NCBI GenBank assembly: GCA_022072405.1
Contig: JAJVHX010000012.1
Span: 23,807-87,806 of the forward strand
Source of the DNA: Phycisphaerae bacterium
GTDB lineage: Bacteria; Planctomycetota; Phycisphaerae; UBA1845; CAIVHJ01
DNA: 64,000 nt
Direction: 5' to 3'
Shown one piece after another: positions 26,850-34,935 of the stretch. A program made the translations under genes and the position numbers. Under the pieces are notes generated by a model. That model ran no database searches. It had not been told where the DNA came from and saw nothing but the letters and a program-made list of their open reading frames with translations. Each line of letters opens with the position of its first letter. Positions within the stretch are counted from its first letter, which is position 1.

Positions 26850-28211
26850 TTAGAGCAGGTGGTAACGGTTCCACAGCATGGCTCCCGCCTGGTGGAGGCG
26901 GAAATATTCCAGCCGCCAGCGCTCGGTTCGCGAACCCAGTGCGGGGCTGATGCCCGCTGCCCGCGCAATATATTGAATCGCACGCTGGGCGTGAGTGAGG
27001 TGAATTTCCGACTGCTGATCGGCGGCAGCGAGATAGCGAGCCAGCCAGCCCCAGACTTTCAGCCGGGCCGCCAGCGCCTGCAAGCCGGTGATCATCGGCC
27101 AGTCGTAATAGGCCGGTCCGTAGAACGCATGACTCAACAACTGGGCTCGCAGGTAGCGGATCAGCAGTTCGCCGATCTCCGCGCGATCCTGGTCGGCCTG
27201 CTGTATCCGATACAGCGCTCGAAAAGAAATGGTTGGATGTCCGGGAACCAGTTGCGGAATCTCGGCTTCACGCGGGCTGAAGCCCGTAGCTCCATGAGTA
27301 GCGGATGATTCGGTAAATTCGTCGATACCCAGGCGGGTGAATTGGCGGCCACGACGAAACTGGCTGAGCATGCGTGACAATTTCCCGACCCAGCCGCGCC
27401 GGGCTTCGGCGAATCGGAGTGCTTCGAGGTGAGCAAACAGTTGCTGACGCAGCAGCACCTCCATTCGTCGGGTCACGGGTGCAATCGCCGGTGCGACGGC
27501 CAATTCCTCCGGCAGCGCAGCGATCAGTATTTCCAACAGCTCGACAAAGCGCTCATCTTCCAGTCGATCATATTTCGCATCACTCAGCAGTTGTACCAGC
27601 AGAATAAAGCCGCGCACCCGTTCATCGGGGGAGCGCAGCTCATTGGCCAGCCAGCGATCCACCTGCTGAATCAGCGCCTGCTGCTCCAATTCGCTGGCAA
27701 TTCGACCATTTGCTAAACGAATCGGCCGGGTGTTACGCAGCGCGGGTAGTTGCTCAGCCAGTCGGCGGAGATCACTAGCATGAGCCGATAACTCCGCACC
27801 GCGCGATAGGGTCACGGTCGGACAATCGTAGCGCAACCCGACTCGCCAACCCGATTCCGCCGGCCAGAGGACGAAAGGGAACAACTGACAGCCCAGCGGT
27901 TTCTCGGCTGCACCATACTCCGCATGAATGCGGCAGCGACCATCCGCCTGCAGAAAAATGCACCCCTGTCCGGGTAGCTGATTCAGTACCCAGTGCTGGC
28001 CCAGGCGAACATACGGCGCTGCGGGCAGTCGCTTGACCCAGTCCTGCTGATCGATCCGGCGTCGATCCGCCGGGATCAGATGCAGAATTGGCTCGCGGCA
28101 GCAGTAGGTACAACTGTGGCAACTGAACCGTTGACGGGGCAATTGAGGTAGATGAATCATGCTGCCGGAAACCATGAACCGCATGATATCTGATGGGGAG
28201 CAATTTTTCAT
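26850..28211 (-). CDS. YkgJ/FliB-like cysteine-cluster (CxxCxxCC) protein with a long helical C-terminal domain
   Basis: FSCHSCTYCCREP...GCIFLQADGRCRIHAEYGAAEKPLGCQLFPF. The track start 28328 would overlap the divergent gene at 28253. In-frame ATGs at 28211, 28184, 28175 and 28160 are alternatives. Confidence 0.6.
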   Translation of the reverse strand: MKNCSPSDIMRFMVSGSMIHLPQLPRQRFSCHSCTYCCREPILHLIPADRRRIDQQDWVKRLPAAPYVRLGQHWVLNQLPGQGCIFLQADGRCRIHAEYGAAEKPLGCQLFPFVLWPAESGWRVGLRYDCPTVTLSRGAELSAHASDLRRLAEQLPALRNTRPIRLANGRIASELEQQALIQQVDRWLANELRSPDERVRGFILLVQLLSDAKYDRLEDERFVELLEILIAALPEELAVAPAIAPVTRRMEVLLRQQLFAHLEALRFAEARRGWVGKLSRMLSQFRRGRQFTRLGIDEFTESSATHGATGFSPREAEIPQLVPGHPTISFRALYRIQQADQDRAEIGELLIRYLRAQLLSHAFYGPAYYDWPMITGLQALAARLKVWGWLARYLAAADQQSEIHLTHAQRAIQYIARAAGISPALGSRTERWRLEYFRLHQAGAMLWNRYHLL

Positions 28212-28252
28212 AGTCTGGTTTGGAGATGAGGGAATGGCGGGTATGATGATCG

Positions 28253-29566
28253 GTGATGAAGGCGGTGATTTATCAATCGAGTGGCTGGCGGTGGCTGGTG
28301 AGCAAGTTGCTCGGTGGGGTTTATCCACCGATTTACTGGAGCGAGCTGTCCGGGTTGCGGTATCGCGATTGTCCGATACCGGAGTTGCCCGGTGAGCAGT
28401 GGGTGCGGGTACGGACCCGGCTGGGGGGCATCTGCGGGACCGACCTGGCGTTGATCCTGCAAAGAAATCACCCCGCCTCCTACCTGCAGGGCATGGTCAG
28501 TCAGCCGATGGTGCTGGGCCATGAGAATGTGGCCGAGATTGAATCGGTGGGCAGTGCGGTGACAGGGTGGCAGGTTGGCCAGCGGGTTTGTGTGGAACCA
28601 GCCATCTCCTGCCGAGTGCGGGGGATTGATCCGCCCTGTCGCAGTTGTGCCGCCGGACGCTACGCACTCTGTGAACATGTTTTAGGTCAGAAAGAACAGA
28701 GGGAACAGGATAGCAACGCCGCACGGACTGAAGCACGCGGTTTATTGCCTCACCACACTTTGCCGCGCGGGGCGATGATCGGATACAACCGCTTCACGGG
28801 CGGGAGCTGGTCGAGCCATTTTGTCGCCCATGTATCGCAATTACATACCGTCCCCGAGTCATTCACCGATGAGCAGGCAGTGCTGACCGATCCGCTGGCT
28901 TGTGCGTTACATGCGGTTTTGCGGGCCGTGCCATCCAACGAGGCGTCGGTCATTGTGGTGGGCGGTGGGATTCTGGCGATGGGGGTGGTGGCGGCGATTC
29001 GGGCGTTGGGCAGCAAAGCGACGATATTGGCCTTGGTCCATCGTTCGGAGCAGATCGAACATCTGCGGCGGTGCGGAGCGGATGATGTGGTGCGCTTTTC
29101 ACGACGGGATTCCCGGCGCTATCGTTTCGAGGTGATTCGGAAACGTTGCGGAGGCCAATTGCTGTCGGGGCGTTTCGGCAATGTCGGGCTGCTGGGCGGT
29201 GTGGACCAGGTATTTGATTGCATCGGATCGGCGGAGAGTATGCGCGATGCGCTGAATTACACTCGTGCGGGCGGCACGCTGTTGCTGGTGGGGACCAGCA
29301 GTATCGCTTTGCTGGACACCACGCCGCTGTGGCAGAAGGAAATCCGCGTTTTGGGTTGTAATGGACGGCAGGTTGAAGAATATGACGGGCGGGCCATCCA
29401 TAGTTATGAATTATTCTATGAACTGGTGCAGCAGGGGCGTTGGCCGCTGGAAGGGTGGAAGATTAATACCTACCCACTGACTGATTTTCGCCAGGCCCTT
29501 AATGATCTGCTTCGCCGGCGCGACGGACTGATCAAGGTCGCGTTTGATTTCCGTAAACCCTCCTGA
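28253..29566 (+). CDS. Zinc-dependent medium-chain dehydrogenase/reductase (alcohol/threonine dehydrogenase-like)
   Basis: GGICGTDLA, VLGHENVAEIESVGSAV, a structural-zinc Cys cluster (CRVRGIDPPCRSCAAGRYALC), and the nucleotide fold VIVVGGGILAMG. Confidence 0.8.
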   Translation: MMKAVIYQSSGWRWLVSKLLGGVYPPIYWSELSGLRYRDCPIPELPGEQWVRVRTRLGGICGTDLALILQRNHPASYLQGMVSQPMVLGHENVAEIESVGSAVTGWQVGQRVCVEPAISCRVRGIDPPCRSCAAGRYALCEHVLGQKEQREQDSNAARTEARGLLPHHTLPRGAMIGYNRFTGGSWSSHFVAHVSQLHTVPESFTDEQAVLTDPLACALHAVLRAVPSNEASVIVVGGGILAMGVVAAIRALGSKATILALVHRSEQIEHLRRCGADDVVRFSRRDSRRYRFEVIRKRCGGQLLSGRFGNVGLLGGVDQVFDCIGSAESMRDALNYTRAGGTLLLVGTSSIALLDTTPLWQKEIRVLGCNGRQVEEYDGRAIHSYELFYELVQQGRWPLEGWKINTYPLTDFRQALNDLLRRRDGLIKVAFDFRKPS

Positions 29567-29656
29567 TGGGATGTTGTCCTTTATCAACCGATTGAAACTG
29601 GATATAATCCGGTTACATATCTGGGACATACGATTTTCCGCACCTTGAGATAAATT

Positions 29657-30481
29657 GTGAAAACCATCGCCGTCATACCCGCCCGTTTCGCTTCCAGCCG
29701 CTTTCCAGGTAAGCCGCTGGCCAACCAGACCGGCAAGTATCTGATTCAACATGTTTACGAACGGGTGCAGCTTGCCCCGCACCTCAATGAGCTGATCGTC
29801 GCCACGGATGATGAACGGATCAGCAAAGCGGTTCGCTCCTTCGGCGGTAAGGTGGTGATGACGCGTGCGGGCCACCCTTCGGGCACCGACCGCATCGCCG
29901 AAGCCGTGGCGGATTTGCCCTATGACCTGGTGATCAACGTCCAGGGTGATGAACCGGAGATCGACCCGGTGTGCATCGCCCAGTTGATCGAATTAATGCA
30001 GGAGAAACCGCAGGTGCCGATGGGCACGCTGGTCTGCCCCTTCCGTTTTGTTGAAGATGCTGACCCCGGCAATCCCAACCGCGTTAAAGCCTACATCGAT
30101 CGAAATCACCTGGCGCTGAATTTTTCCCGCCAGCTGCTGCCCTCGCCCTGGGACAGCGGTCAGCCGGCAGCGGTCAGCCGGCAGCAAGCATTAAAAGCGA
30201 GTCCCCTGTCCCGTGTCCCGAGTCCCGCTTCAGACGATCCTCACCCGCTCCTGCATCTGGGTCTCTATGCCTATCATAAGGATTTTTTACTGAAGCTGAC
30301 GCAGTTGCCGCAGTCAGCCCGCGAACAGGAAGAGCGGCTGGAGCAGTTGCGGGTGCTGGATCATGGTTATCCGATCGCGGTCGCCCTGGTCCGCCACGCC
30401 GCCCGCGGCATCGACACGCCGGAAGATTACGCGGCCTTCGTGCAGCGCTACCAGAAGACCATGGAGTTGCCACGACCATGA
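29657..30481 (+). CDS. kdsB: 3-deoxy-manno-octulosonate cytidylyltransferase (CMP-KDO synthetase)
   Basis: GTG start. MKTIAVIPARFASSRFPGKPLA, VATDDERI, SGTDRIAEA, VINVQGDEP, HLGLYAY, LEQLRVLDHGYPI. Confidence 0.9.
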   Translation: MKTIAVIPARFASSRFPGKPLANQTGKYLIQHVYERVQLAPHLNELIVATDDERISKAVRSFGGKVVMTRAGHPSGTDRIAEAVADLPYDLVINVQGDEPEIDPVCIAQLIELMQEKPQVPMGTLVCPFRFVEDADPGNPNRVKAYIDRNHLALNFSRQLLPSPWDSGQPAAVSRQQALKASPLSRVPSPASDDPHPLLHLGLYAYHKDFLLKLTQLPQSAREQEERLEQLRVLDHGYPIAVALVRHAARGIDTPEDYAAFVQRYQKTMELPRP

Positions 30482-30600
30482 GTGAGCGGCGATGTCCAGC
30501 CTGTCAGGCAGCGGTGGAAAACAATGTCAGTTCTTCCGGCCATTGCCTGATCTGTGGGCATGATCTGATCATGCACCGCTCCCCGACCATTGTGGATTAA
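30478..30600 (+). CDS. 40-codon zinc-ribbon mini-ORF (below the ORF-track cutoff)
   Basis: The ATG overlaps the kdsB stop (ATGA at 30478-30481). Translation: MSERRCPACQAAVENNVSSSGHCLICGHDLIMHRSPTIVD. In-frame stops are TAA, TGA, TAA in a row. Coding status is inferred from the CxxC...CxxC pattern and the coupling geometry only. Confidence 0.4.
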   Translation: MSERRCPACQAAVENNVSSSGHCLICGHDLIMHRSPTIVD

Positions 30601-31060
30601 TGATAAGACCGACCTGCGGGCCTTGGCCCATCGTCAGCGGCAGTTACTCTGGATGATATTATTTGCTTTTATCATTCAATTTGTACCCTTCTTTATTGAC
30701 CAGTTTTCCGGCTATGTACAAATCGGCGTGGGAATTTTTACACTGGCGGTACTCGTCCTTACGATCGTAGGCGTGGCCCGTATGCTGGCGGCGATGGGGA
30801 CTCATGGGGCGTGGATTGTGGTGGCGATTATTATGATGCTGGCACCGTGTGCGAATCTGTTGGTATTGCTGGTCATTAATTCACGGGCTACCGGCGCCCT
30901 GCAACGGGCTGGATTGAAAGTTGGATTCATGGGTGTGCGCGATGAGGATGTGGTACGGTTACTCTCGGCGAATCGCTGCCACGGTTGTGGCTATCTGCTG
31001 ATCGGCAACGTTTCCAACGTTTGTCCGGAATGCGGTCTGCCGGTGGGAACTTTTCAGTAG
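30590..31060 (+). CDS. Membrane protein with C-terminal CxxCGYxLxG...CxECG zinc ribbon
   Basis: TTG start overlapping the mini-ORF by 11 nt. Three to four hydrophobic segments, then CHGCGYLLIGNVSNVCPECGLPV. Confidence 0.6.
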   Translation: MWINDKTDLRALAHRQRQLLWMILFAFIIQFVPFFIDQFSGYVQIGVGIFTLAVLVLTIVGVARMLAAMGTHGAWIVVAIIMMLAPCANLLVLLVINSRATGALQRAGLKVGFMGVRDEDVVRLLSANRCHGCGYLLIGNVSNVCPECGLPVGTFQ

Positions 31061-31079
31061 TATCGGGGTATAATAAGGC

Positions 31080-32369
31080 ATGCCGCCGGCAGCCGTCACA
31101 CCATCAACGTACCCGGTATATGCCTCGCGAAGGCGCTGGGTATGGCGCGGGTTTCTATTGCTGCTGTTCCTGCTGTGGTGTCTGCTGACCGGCCTGCAGG
31201 TGGTGGAGATGTTCACGGCCAACTCCACTGCGAACAGCAATACCTTTGACGATTACGCGCTGTTGCTGGAGGGTGAAAAACTCTCGCCGGCGCAGATTCC
31301 CGAACTGGAAGCGAAAGTCAGCCAGTACCCCGATGATCTGCCCAACCGCCTGCGGCTGCTGGGTTATTACCGTGAGTACCACGAATCCGACATCGCCTTG
31401 CCCCCGGTACATGTCCGGCATATTCTCCATGTCATTCAGCACTACCCGGAACGTCCTCTTATGGACAGTTATCAATATTATCTACATCTGAATCGAGATG
31501 TTGATGCGGATGCCTATCAGCAGGCTCGTGCGATTTGGCTGAAATGTCTGGAGAAGCAACCGGAGAATCCAGTGGTCTGGCTTCATGCTGCAGAATTCTT
31601 CGAATGGGATGAACCCGAGTTGATGAACGACGTTCTGCAACAAGCTACCCTGCAATTCACTGATAACTCGGAATTTCTGGCCAATCTGTATTATAAACAC
31701 ACCAACCGTATCAATGAGCTTTGGGAAGATCTGGTATTTGAAGAAACAAATCTTCCACGCGAAACCGAATTAATTTGTACTCCGGTGCAGAGGGAGTCTT
31801 ATATCCGGAAGTGTCATGAATACGCCGCCAATTGCGACGCGTTACGCCACCAAATCGATAAATACCAACGTGAAATCATCAATATTCTGGACAGATTAAT
31901 AAAAGTAAGCTCCGACCATGAATACTTAAGAAGACTTACTCTGCAGGTGCGTCATTGTTTACTTGCTCAACAGGGAGTTCGTGCGTCAGAATTGGCCGAA
32001 CGATTACTGTCGGATATTCATGTGTGGGGCCGTGCCGAGGAATATGAAGCCGGGCAGTATTATGCGTATCTGGCACTCGCCAGCCGGGCGTTGAATGAAC
32101 AGCGCGTGGAAGAGGCGGCAGCGTATTTACAGAAAGCGGCTCAGATCAGCGCCATCGATGATCTGGATTTTCTACCGGTGATGCAGTTGATCGTACCGTT
32201 ATATCAGGCGGGGCAGATGCGGGCGGTGATTGATTACCTGACAGCCTGTCGGAAGCTTTGGCCAGACAATGCCAGCGAGTTCGATAAGCTGATAAAACTC
32301 ATGCAGGATGGGCAACCGCTCGATGAGCATTTGATTCATAAGCTGGAATATGATTTTTATATATATTGA
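31080..32369 (+). CDS. Hypothetical N-terminally membrane-anchored helical-repeat protein
   Basis: 429 aa. TM segment WRGFLLLLFLLWCLLTGLQVV, then helix-rich sequence. The central part is visibly AT-richer than the flanking genes. Confidence 0.55.
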   Translation: MPPAAVTPSTYPVYASRRRWVWRGFLLLLFLLWCLLTGLQVVEMFTANSTANSNTFDDYALLLEGEKLSPAQIPELEAKVSQYPDDLPNRLRLLGYYREYHESDIALPPVHVRHILHVIQHYPERPLMDSYQYYLHLNRDVDADAYQQARAIWLKCLEKQPENPVVWLHAAEFFEWDEPELMNDVLQQATLQFTDNSEFLANLYYKHTNRINELWEDLVFEETNLPRETELICTPVQRESYIRKCHEYAANCDALRHQIDKYQREIINILDRLIKVSSDHEYLRRLTLQVRHCLLAQQGVRASELAERLLSDIHVWGRAEEYEAGQYYAYLALASRALNEQRVEEAAAYLQKAAQISAIDDLDFLPVMQLIVPLYQAGQMRAVIDYLTACRKLWPDNASEFDKLIKLMQDGQPLDEHLIHKLEYDFYIY

Positions 32370-32381
32370 GGGTCAGGGTGG

Positions 32382-32924
32382 GTGATTCGCAAGCTGATCA
32401 AATTCTGCTGCCTGGTGATTTTTATCGGGGGAACGCTGTTGTGGGGGTGGAGCGGCTGGTTGTATTATCAGCAGCCCGACCGGCCGCGCAGCCCGTATAT
32501 CGGTCTCTCCATTCCACCTTACCTGCTGCTGAACCTGGTGATGGATCATACCGGCTACCTGCATCTGCAATATTTCCGCAAGCCCTGCGAGTTGCGCACC
32601 GGCCTGTTGATCGGCGCCTCGCCTGCCAATCAGAACCACACCTGGGACTGGGCTGATTTTTCGCCCGGCGACCGCTCCAATGCGCTGGCGGATCGCTGTT
32701 GTATTCCGATCTACAACTGGGCCATCGTGGGGTTTATCGTTTACACCGCCTACGGGGCGGAGCGGATGATTGTTCTGGGGCGCCGCCGCCGGCGAGGCCT
32801 GTGTCTCAATTGCGGTTATAATCTCCAGGGCCGGACCGGCGACCGCTGCAGCGAATGTGGACATGAAATCCAACTTCCGAGGAACTCTGATGAGCAGCAA
32901 CGATCGATTAGCCAAGGTCAGTAA
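32382..32924 (+). CDS. Membrane protein with C-terminal CxxCGYxLxG...CxECG zinc ribbon
   Basis: GTG start. Two hydrophobic segments, an RRRRR stretch, then CLNCGYNLQGRTGDRCSECGHEI. Confidence 0.6.
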   Translation: MIRKLIKFCCLVIFIGGTLLWGWSGWLYYQQPDRPRSPYIGLSIPPYLLLNLVMDHTGYLHLQYFRKPCELRTGLLIGASPANQNHTWDWADFSPGDRSNALADRCCIPIYNWAIVGFIVYTAYGAERMIVLGRRRRRGLCLNCGYNLQGRTGDRCSECGHEIQLPRNSDEQQRSISQGQ

Positions 32925-34635
32925 CATTTCCGATGAGACGGAATTTTATACACCGCTGCCGGCGGGGTATCGCAAGGGGCAGACCAAGTATGTGATCGTG
33001 CTGGGCACAGTGATGAGCGGGCTGGGCAAGGGCATCTTCGCCAGTTCGCTGGCCAAGCTGCTCAAGGATGGCGGGCTGACGGTGGCGCCGATCAAGCTGG
33101 AAGGTTATCTCAACCTCGACTCGGGTACGCTCAACCCCTATCGCCACGGCGAAGTCTTCGTGCTGGATGACGGCATGGAAACCGACATGGACCTGGGCAC
33201 CTACGAACGGATGCTCGACCAGAATCTTTCGCGGGCCAATTTTACCACCAGCGGCCAGATCTTCAGCCGCGTGCTCGAAAAAGAACGCCAGGGCAGCTAC
33301 CTCGGCCGCGATGTGCAGATGATTCCGCATGTCACCGGCGAGGTGAAAAGCAAATTACGCGAACTGGCCGTCACCAGCGGTGCGGATGTGGTGTTCGTCG
33401 AAATCGGCGGCACGGTCGGCGACGTTGAAAACGCCTACTATATCGAAGCCGTCCGCCAGCTCGCCTACGAGGAGGGTGCGGGCAGCGTCTGTTTTGTCGC
33501 CCTGACCTTCATTCTCGAGCCGCCCTCGCTGGGTGAGCAGAAATCCAAAGCGGCGCAGCTCGGCATCAAGCGGCTGATGGAAGGCGGCATCCAGCCGCAG
33601 ATCATCGCCTGCCGCGCCCAGAACCCTGTTACCCGCAAGGTGCGCGAAAAACTCTCGCTCTACAGCAACATTCCCTTCGAACATGTTTTCAGCATGCACG
33701 ATGTGGAGAGTGTCTATCTGATCCCCGATCTGATCCACAGCGCCGGGCTGGACCGCCTGGTCACGGAGATGCTGCAACTGCACGAGCGCATCGACACCCG
33801 GCGCCAGCACCAGGCCCACACTGCCTGGATGAGCTACGTTGAGCGGCTCAAGAACGTTACGCAGACGGTGCGGATCGGTATCACCGGCAAATATTCTTCG
33901 CTGCGCGACAGCTACGCCAGCATTATTCAAGCCCTCGAACACGCCGGCACCAACCATGATGTTCGCGTGCAGATCGAGTGGGTCGATACCAGCGAGATCA
34001 CCTCCGCCAATGTGGCGACGGCGTTGGCTGGTTTGCAGGGCATCATCGTGCCGGGCGGATTCGGGACGCGCGGTTTCGAGGGCAAGATCGTCTGCATCCA
34101 ATATGCCCGCGAACAGCGCCTGCCTTATCTGGGCTTGTGTTACGGCTTTCAGGCGGCGGTGGTGGAATTTGCCCGGAATGTCTGCGGACTGGAAGGGGCT
34201 GATTCCACGGAGATCGATACCGAAACCCCGCACCCGGTGATCGACATTCTCCCCGAGCAGAAGCAGATTGAAGGGTTGGGCGGTAATATGCGCCTGGGCG
34301 GGCGCGACGTGATCATTAAACCGGGCACGCTGGCCGCACAATTATTCAACAACGCTCCGGAAACGCACATGCGCTTCCGCCATCGCTATGAAGTCGATCC
34401 GCGCTATATCGAACGAATCGAAGCGGGCGGAATGATTTTTTCCGGCCACGCACCCGATCACCCGATCATGCAGATTCTCGAACTGCCGGCCGCGCTGCAT
34501 CCCTACTTCATCGGTACGCAGTCGCACCCCGAATTTCTCTCTCGCCCGCTGCGCCCGGAACCCTTCTTCTTCGGCCTGGTTCGCGCCGCCAAAGAATATC
34601 AGCTTCATGTTACCTCGGAGCAAGTGGCTGGATAA
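32890..34635 (+). CDS. pyrG: CTP synthase
   Basis: The track ORF (from 32770) carries an implausible N-terminal extension. ATG 32890 gives MSSNDRL...TKYVIVLGTVMSGLGKGI. Motifs: IKLEGYLNLDSGT, EVFVLDDG, VEIGGTVGD, GATase LGLCYGFQ, QSHPEF. Confidence 0.95.
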   Translation: MSSNDRLAKVSNISDETEFYTPLPAGYRKGQTKYVIVLGTVMSGLGKGIFASSLAKLLKDGGLTVAPIKLEGYLNLDSGTLNPYRHGEVFVLDDGMETDMDLGTYERMLDQNLSRANFTTSGQIFSRVLEKERQGSYLGRDVQMIPHVTGEVKSKLRELAVTSGADVVFVEIGGTVGDVENAYYIEAVRQLAYEEGAGSVCFVALTFILEPPSLGEQKSKAAQLGIKRLMEGGIQPQIIACRAQNPVTRKVREKLSLYSNIPFEHVFSMHDVESVYLIPDLIHSAGLDRLVTEMLQLHERIDTRRQHQAHTAWMSYVERLKNVTQTVRIGITGKYSSLRDSYASIIQALEHAGTNHDVRVQIEWVDTSEITSANVATALAGLQGIIVPGGFGTRGFEGKIVCIQYAREQRLPYLGLCYGFQAAVVEFARNVCGLEGADSTEIDTETPHPVIDILPEQKQIEGLGGNMRLGGRDVIIKPGTLAAQLFNNAPETHMRFRHRYEVDPRYIERIEAGGMIFSGHAPDHPIMQILELPAALHPYFIGTQSHPEFLSRPLRPEPFFFGLVRAAKEYQLHVTSEQVAG

Positions 34636-34674
34636 TGAATTAATAGTTTCTATAATTGATTGAACGAGGTTAGC

Positions 34675-34935
34675 ATGCGAGCCGAAATTATTTCCAACCA
34701 TTGGCGCAAGCAGACATTCAAACCATTTCGCATGTTTCTGTCGGAGGGTGCAACTTACGATATTCGCCATCCGGAAATCATGATCGCCAGCCGAAACGAA
34801 ATTGTGATCGGACTTCCTACTTCCGTCGAAGTTCCGGAACGCCTGGCGTTTTGCGACCCGGTGCACGTGGTGCGCATCGAACCGCTCAATGGTTCTCAAC
34901 GTTCTTCTCGATCCAAGCGCAAGCCCCGAACATGA
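34675..34935 (+). CDS. Small conserved-looking hypothetical protein (86 aa)
   Basis: MRAEIISNHWRKQTFKPFRMFLSEGATYDIRHPEIMI...VHVVRIEPLNG, followed by a basic tail. Its stop overlaps the next ATG (ATGA at 34932-34935). Confidence 0.5.
   Translation: MRAEIISNHWRKQTFKPFRMFLSEGATYDIRHPEIMIASRNEIVIGLPTSVEVPERLAFCDPVHVVRIEPLNGSQRSSRSKRKPRT

Noticed and set aside
32770-32889. N-terminal extensions in the ORF track for pyrG (32770). The same applies to 34701..34931, 45867..46034, 54913..55680 (upstream of 55275), 50454..50573 and 19000..19083.
   Set aside because: The extensions overlap upstream genes out of frame or run through AT-rich or Arg-rich non-coding-looking sequence. Internal ATGs give canonical N-termini, several with start/stop coupling or Shine-Dalgarno-like sequences.
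33355-34341. 328-aa ORF antisense to pyrG. Similar antisense ORFs at 61826..62620 and 62702..63760 lie opposite rpoB, and 41663..42544 lies opposite the UDP-sugar dehydrogenase.
   Set aside because: All lie opposite strongly supported conserved genes. They are the typical shadow ORFs of a GC-rich genome.
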